A stretch of DNA of 64,000 nucleotides from Neocallimastix sp. 'constans' (lineage: Eukaryota): NCBI GenBank assembly GCA_050613775.1, contig JBODTK010000112.1, positions 248,001-312,000 of the forward strand, read 5' to 3'. The notes beneath the pieces are model-generated. The model was not told the origin of the DNA and searched no databases. It saw nothing but the letters and a program-made list of their open reading frames with translations. Made by a program: the position numbers and the translations under genes. Positions 57,984 through 64,000 of this stretch are shown here, one piece after another; the stretch's first letter is position 1; every line of letters starts with the position of its first letter.

Positions 57984-58025
<42 letters not shown>

Positions 58026-58040
58026 TTATTTTATTTTATT

Positions 58041-59092
58041 TTATTTTTTCATTTTAGGGAATAATGGATCATTACTATTTTCATAAAATAGATAACATAA
58101 AATTGATTCATTAATTGGATCATCAAATAGGTATACTAAACGTTTATCATCTTTTTTGGTATCTTTATTGTTGATAGAAAATAAAGGTGTATATAATTTA
58201 TCTTTATAATCAATAGTTAGATCATAAACTGATGCTATAATATTTAATATATAATTTATGTTTTCATAAAAAGTTTCTGGTGATATTTTAATTTTTTTAT
58301 TTTTAAATACAAAAGAATGTTTTTCATACCATGTATTTAAATCTTTCCAAAATTGTTCATCATTTTCTTCGTCAAATAAAAGACATACAAAAATTTTATA
58401 TGAATAATCATAAATGTAATGGGTTATATATCTATGAGGTATATCAGCATCACATCCTGGATAACTATTAGAAAATTGATAAATAGGATGAAAATTATAA
58501 GGTGAAAATTCCTTTATTTTAATATCATTCTTAAATGGTATAACTGATTTAAGAAAGGGTGATCCAAAATAGATAAAATGTTGATCTATAATATCTTTTG
58601 TGAAAATATTATATATGTTATATAAATTATCTCGGTCTTTATCATTATTATTAACATTTTTATATTTTAAAAGAAAGTCACTTAAAATATTATAGTTTTT
58701 TGTTGAATTAAATTCATTAATTCGTTCATTAGTAAAATCTATAGGATTACTTATACAATGATGCAATTTTTTTGCAATTGAACGAGGTATTTCCTTAAAA
58801 TTATTCTTTTTTGGATTACAAATATATTTAAATAATATTAAAATTATTTTAAATAATTTGGTACTATAATGAATGTAGTTTATAAAAAATTTATGTATAA
58901 AACAGTTTTCTTTATAGTAAGTATTAATAATAATTGAAAATAATAACAATATATCTCTAATAGTAACTGTTTTATTTATTGATATTGTTGAATCTTTTTC
59001 AGTTTCACCAATTTCAGATGGATCTTCAAGTTCACTATTTCCATGGTAAGATTCATCATCATTATCATGATAGGATTGTTCATCAAAATTAC

Positions 59093-59135
<43 letters not shown>

Positions 59136-62100
59136 ATTAATATTATTGTTATTATTACTACTGTATATTGAATTATTACTACTATTGTTTCTTATTTTCT
59201 TTTTTCTTCCTTTTTTATTAGGTTCGTTTTGCGTTTCACCTATGGAATTAAATAATTCGGAAACTTTTTCATACCATTCTATTTTATTTAATCGAAAATC
59301 ATTCAGACATTTTAAAACCTCAGGATTACTAAATACTATTGGTTCATCTGTTTCACTAAAATAACTCACAGTAGATGATCTATCGGTCATTTCATTTAAA
59401 TGATTGTATTTATTATTATTATTTTCATTTCCATTATGATCAATATTATCATTTCTATCTTCAATCAGCATTTCTTCTTGACTATTAATTGGTATCAATG
59501 GAGTTTCTGGAATTAAAAATTCATTACCAGATTTATTTATTTGAAGTTGATTATTTATCTTCTTTGATAATTCATTTGTATTTGAATCACCATTATCGTC
59601 TAGTATTTTCCCAGATCCATTTTTTGATTGTGATATCAAATTATTAGAATAACTTTGATTGTTATGTGATGATATTTGGGATATATTTTCGTCATTGTTA
59701 TTACTACTATTTTTATTATTATTATTTTCTTTATTATTACTTTTAGTATTATTATTTTCACTATTATTATCATCATTATTATTTTCATTATTATCATTAT
59801 TATTATTTTCAATATTATTATTTTCAGTATTATTATTATTATTGTTAGTAATATTAGTAGTAACATTGGTATAATCATCATATACAAAGGAATTTAATAT
59901 ATTTAAAGATGATTTATCATTAGTATTCAAATTTAAAATAAAACTATTAGCATTAACATTAATATTATCGCTAATACTTTTACTATCATTGTTATTATTT
60001 TTACAGATGTCATTATTTTCATTATAATTATTATTTTTAATATTTATTGGAATATTTGTATTTTTATTATCATTGTTATTGTTGTTGTTATCGCTGTTAT
60101 TACTGCTGTTAATTGTATTTAGAATTTTTAATGAATTATAATTTTCATTAGTTTGATATAAGTTTAAATTAGATGATAAATAATTCCTTTTTTCATTTTG
60201 AATTATATTATCTATATTATTTTTGTTATCTTTTGTTTTATCGTTAATAAATATAATTTCGTTTTCTATATCCTCATTATCTAATTCAGATATATCTGAA
60301 TTAATAACCGAATTTATTTCAGAGTATATAGAATTATCAGATAATGATAAATTCGACTTCATGTCAACATCTAAATCTAAATCTGAATTTAAATCTGAAT
60401 CTGAATCTATCTCAATTACTTCAATAGCTTTTTTACCTTTTATATCTTTATCTTTCTTCTTATTATTAAACGAATCGTTCAATTCGTTATTGTTTCTATT
60501 TAATGTAGAAGTTGATTTCCTTTTTTTAAATAATTCAGTATCATTATTTGTATTGTTAATATGTTCAAATTTCCGTTTTGAAGAAGAAAAAAAACTTTTA
60601 AATTCATTTTCATTGTTATCATAATCATTGTAATGATCAAATAATGTATCATCATTCTTATTTGAATAGTTATTTCCTGAGATGATTGACCCAATTGCAA
60701 ATATTTTATTATGAATTATTTTTTCTGATAAATCTGAATTTAAATTATCATTATTGCTATCATTATTATTACTATTTCTATTATTGATATAACTGTTGTT
60801 ATCATTGTTGATATTATGATCATCAAAATCTAATTTATTTATTAATGAGTTATTGAGAATACTTTTGATTGAATCCTGACTAATATTAGAGTTTTTGGTA
60901 TATAATGCTGCATTATTATCCTTTATATTGTGCATAATTTCTTTTTTATTAATAAATTTTGTAATATCATAATCATCACCAATATTTTCTGTTAATTTAT
61001 TAGCATCAAATGAATATTCTATATATTCATTATTATCTGATAAACTAATAATTAAATCATTATTAGAAGTATTTTTAATTAGGCTCTCTTTATGAAATAC
61101 TTTTAAAAGCATTTGCTTTACTAATTCGTGATTTACACTTTCGTTATCAGAAGTGGAGGCATCAGGTTTTTTTAAAAGATTTAAATTATCTAATGCTTTA
61201 AGAATACAATCTATACTATTATCAATTGCAATTTTTATTCGATTGTACAATAATTTATTTAAAATCATTTTATCAGTATTTAATTGTTGAATTTTATCAA
61301 CTGCAAAATTTAATTTATTTTCAATGTCATCAAAATCATTTTTTAATTTTTCATTTGTTTCCTTATCTACATTTAATTTATAATTATCTACATTAATTAT
61401 TTCACTATTTGTTTTTGAAATAGGTTCTTCATCATTACTCTTCATTATTCTAACTATATCTTTAATTTTATCTGAAATTTTATAATTTAAATCATCACTT
61501 TTTGATTCATCATTACTAGTTTCATCATTACTTTGTTTATCTTCTAAACCAAATTTTTTTAAAAATTTTCGTACATTACTTAAATTTTTTTGTGCACCTC
61601 TTATTTTTTCTATATTTTCATCTATTAAGAATAATTAACATATATATTAATATAATTAATAACATATATTTAGCATTCAAAAATACATCATAAAATAAAA
61701 TAAAATAAAATAAAATAAAATAAAATAAAATAAATAAATAAAAAAAAAAAAAAAAAAAAAAAAAAATTATTATTATAAATATATATTTAATGTCATAAAA
61801 ACATACGTTTACCATTTGTATTTTCATTAATTATTATATCTTTTAGACGATGTGAATTTTTATAATTCATATTTAAAGAATTTCTATTTGGAAATATATT
61901 ATTTTGACTTTGTAGCTTATAATGAACATTTGATGATGATTTTAAATAACTATTACTTATATCAATATTTACATCATTTTTTGAATAATACTTTTTATCG
62001 TTATTAATTTGCTCATTTCTAATCATTTCTTCATCATCATTCGATATATCATTCGATATATCTGATAAAGGAGTTAATAGATTGCTATTATTATTAGTTG

Positions 62101-63754
62101 ATATATTAATACTACTACTATTATTGTTAATATTATCAAAATTACTGTTATTATTAATATTATTAATATTAATATTAATATTATTATTATTATTATTATT
62201 ATTATTTATTTCTGAATATGAAGGGGTTGTATATGAATTATTAGATAGTATATAATTATTTAGTATATTTGGTGAATTTAATGGTGTGTCAAAATTATTT
62301 AAAGTGTTTGTTATTGATTCAGTGTTTTTTTTTAAGAAATCATAATCAACAACAGAATGATTATTAATATTAATATCAGTTTCCTGATTTTTATTATTTT
62401 CACTGAAGTTATAATTTCCAGGATAATAACTTTTTTTGCTATTTAAATTATTGGCATCCTCATCATTATCATTTAATTCAAAAAAATTTAAAAGATTTAA
62501 TTGTTGGGTATCTAATGCTGATGAAGCACCTTCATTATTATTATTTTTTGTATTGTTACTACTATCCTTTTTGTTATTATTTTTAATGCTTTTATTATCT
62601 TTATTTTTATTACTACTTTTTTTTCTTGAATATTTATTATTATTATTAATGCTATTATTTACTGTTATATCAAATGCGTCATTATAAAAAATTCCTTTAT
62701 TTCGTTTATTCATTAATTTAGTATCTTTAATTGATTCATTTATAATATTAGAATTTTTATCTTCCTTATTATTTAAATTTTTCAGATTATTAATTTTATT
62801 TATTTTTTTTCTATTTCTCAATTTTGAATTATTTCTGGTGTTATAACTTTTTCTAAATGTATTTTCTGATTTTAATTCATCGAAAATAATATTATCGTTC
62901 AATTTTTCGTTTTCGTTTTCGTTTTCGAGTTCATTATCATTTTCATTATCATTTTCATTTTCATTATCATTTTCATTTTCATTATCATTTTCATTATCAT
63001 TTTCATTTTCATTATCATTTTCATTATCATTTTCATTTCCATTATCATTTTCATTATCATTTTCAATTTCTTTTTTATTTTTATTTTCATTTTCAAAATC
63101 ACTAGAATCGGTATTATTTTGATTATTAATATTGGAATCCAATCTATATATTCGATACTTTTTTAATTTTTTTTTTAAATTATATATAATTTTATATGTT
63201 GTTTCATCACAAATTGTGTCATCTTCTAGAAAATTATAATCTGTTTTAATAATAGGTGATTTTAATTCAGAAGGTTTTTTTTTCCTTAATTTATAACTTT
63301 TCCTGTGTGTAATTAACCAAGAATAATCAAGAATTTCATCTGTACGAAAATTTTTTTTTCTGAAACTGATAATATCTTCATAGTCAAACCCTATGCTAAA
63401 AAAAAAGCAAAGATTGTTATCATTAATATCATGTAAATTAAGACTTTTAAAATAATTCGTTTTGAAACCATGATATTTCTTTTTAGCTCGAAAATATATA
63501 CCATGCAATACTTTATAATGTAATGATTTATTCTTTATTTCCTTATTTTCATTAATGTATTTGAATAAAATATCCAAATTTTTCACTATAAAAAAAAAAT
63601 TACAGTTTTTTTCTTTTAAATTTTTATGTTCTACTAACTCTTTAGATTCTAAGTATGTATACCAATTATTTATACATTTTTCAATATTATTTAAAGATAT
63701 CTTTTTACCTTTTAAAAATTCCCAAATTTCAGCTTTTGTAATTTTTTTACTCAT
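58041..63754 (-). CDS. Large Asn-rich hypothetical protein; exons 63754-61807 and 61621-58041; ~1842 aa
   Basis: The 653-aa and 1134-aa ORFs are joined in frame by a phase-1 GTATGT...TAG intron (61806-61622). An alternative in-phase donor lies at 61812. Globular-looking ends, central coiled-coil, basic NLS-like clusters; no family recognised. Confidence 0.82.
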
Positions 63755-63822
63755 ATTTATTATTTTAGTAATTTTGAATACAAATATGATTTTGAAGGTT
63801 CTAATTATATTTTAAAAAATAA

Positions 63823-63860
<38 letters not shown>

Positions 63861-64000
63861 CCTTTTTTCGTATTTACGCTAAAAAAAAAAATAATGAAGC
63901 ACTTATTTATTCTTGCTATATATTATTCATTATTTCAAATAAATAATGATTCTATAAATATCCTTCATTATTATCTTCTCTAATTGCTTTTAATAAAATA

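Overview
Extremely AT-rich eukaryotic genomic DNA with short GT-AG introns, long homopolymers and (TTA)n microsatellites. Composition and fungal-type genes point to an anaerobic gut fungus (Neocallimastigomycota), but this is inference. Six spliced protein genes were reconstructed by hand with consistent intron phases: a Gcn4/CpcA-like bZIP factor (+, 903 aa), an F-box/WD40-like protein (-, 797 aa), XRN1 (+, 1682 aa), a type II membrane glycosyltransferase-like protein (-, 451 aa), a 4-LIM paxillin-like protein (-, 514 aa) and an unrecognised Asn-rich protein (-, ~1842 aa). The intergenic space holds decayed mobile DNA. There are four pieces of one APE-RT-zinc-knuckle LINE family (one with poly(A) and a 15-bp TSD), another LINE-like 3' end, and two Ty1/copia relics. 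There are also three members (1119, 354 and ~65 bp) of a non-autonomous DNA transposon family with 15-bp-repeat termini and 9-bp TSDs. The main unexplained signals are: a triplicated 106-bp unit with a cUACGg hairpin spaced by (TTA)n, a hairpin-dense island upstream of XRN1, long AUG-depleted upstream regions with two candidate uORFs before the Gcn4-like gene, and the large orphan protein. No rRNA, tRNA or CRISPR array was found. All counts and alignments were done by eye.
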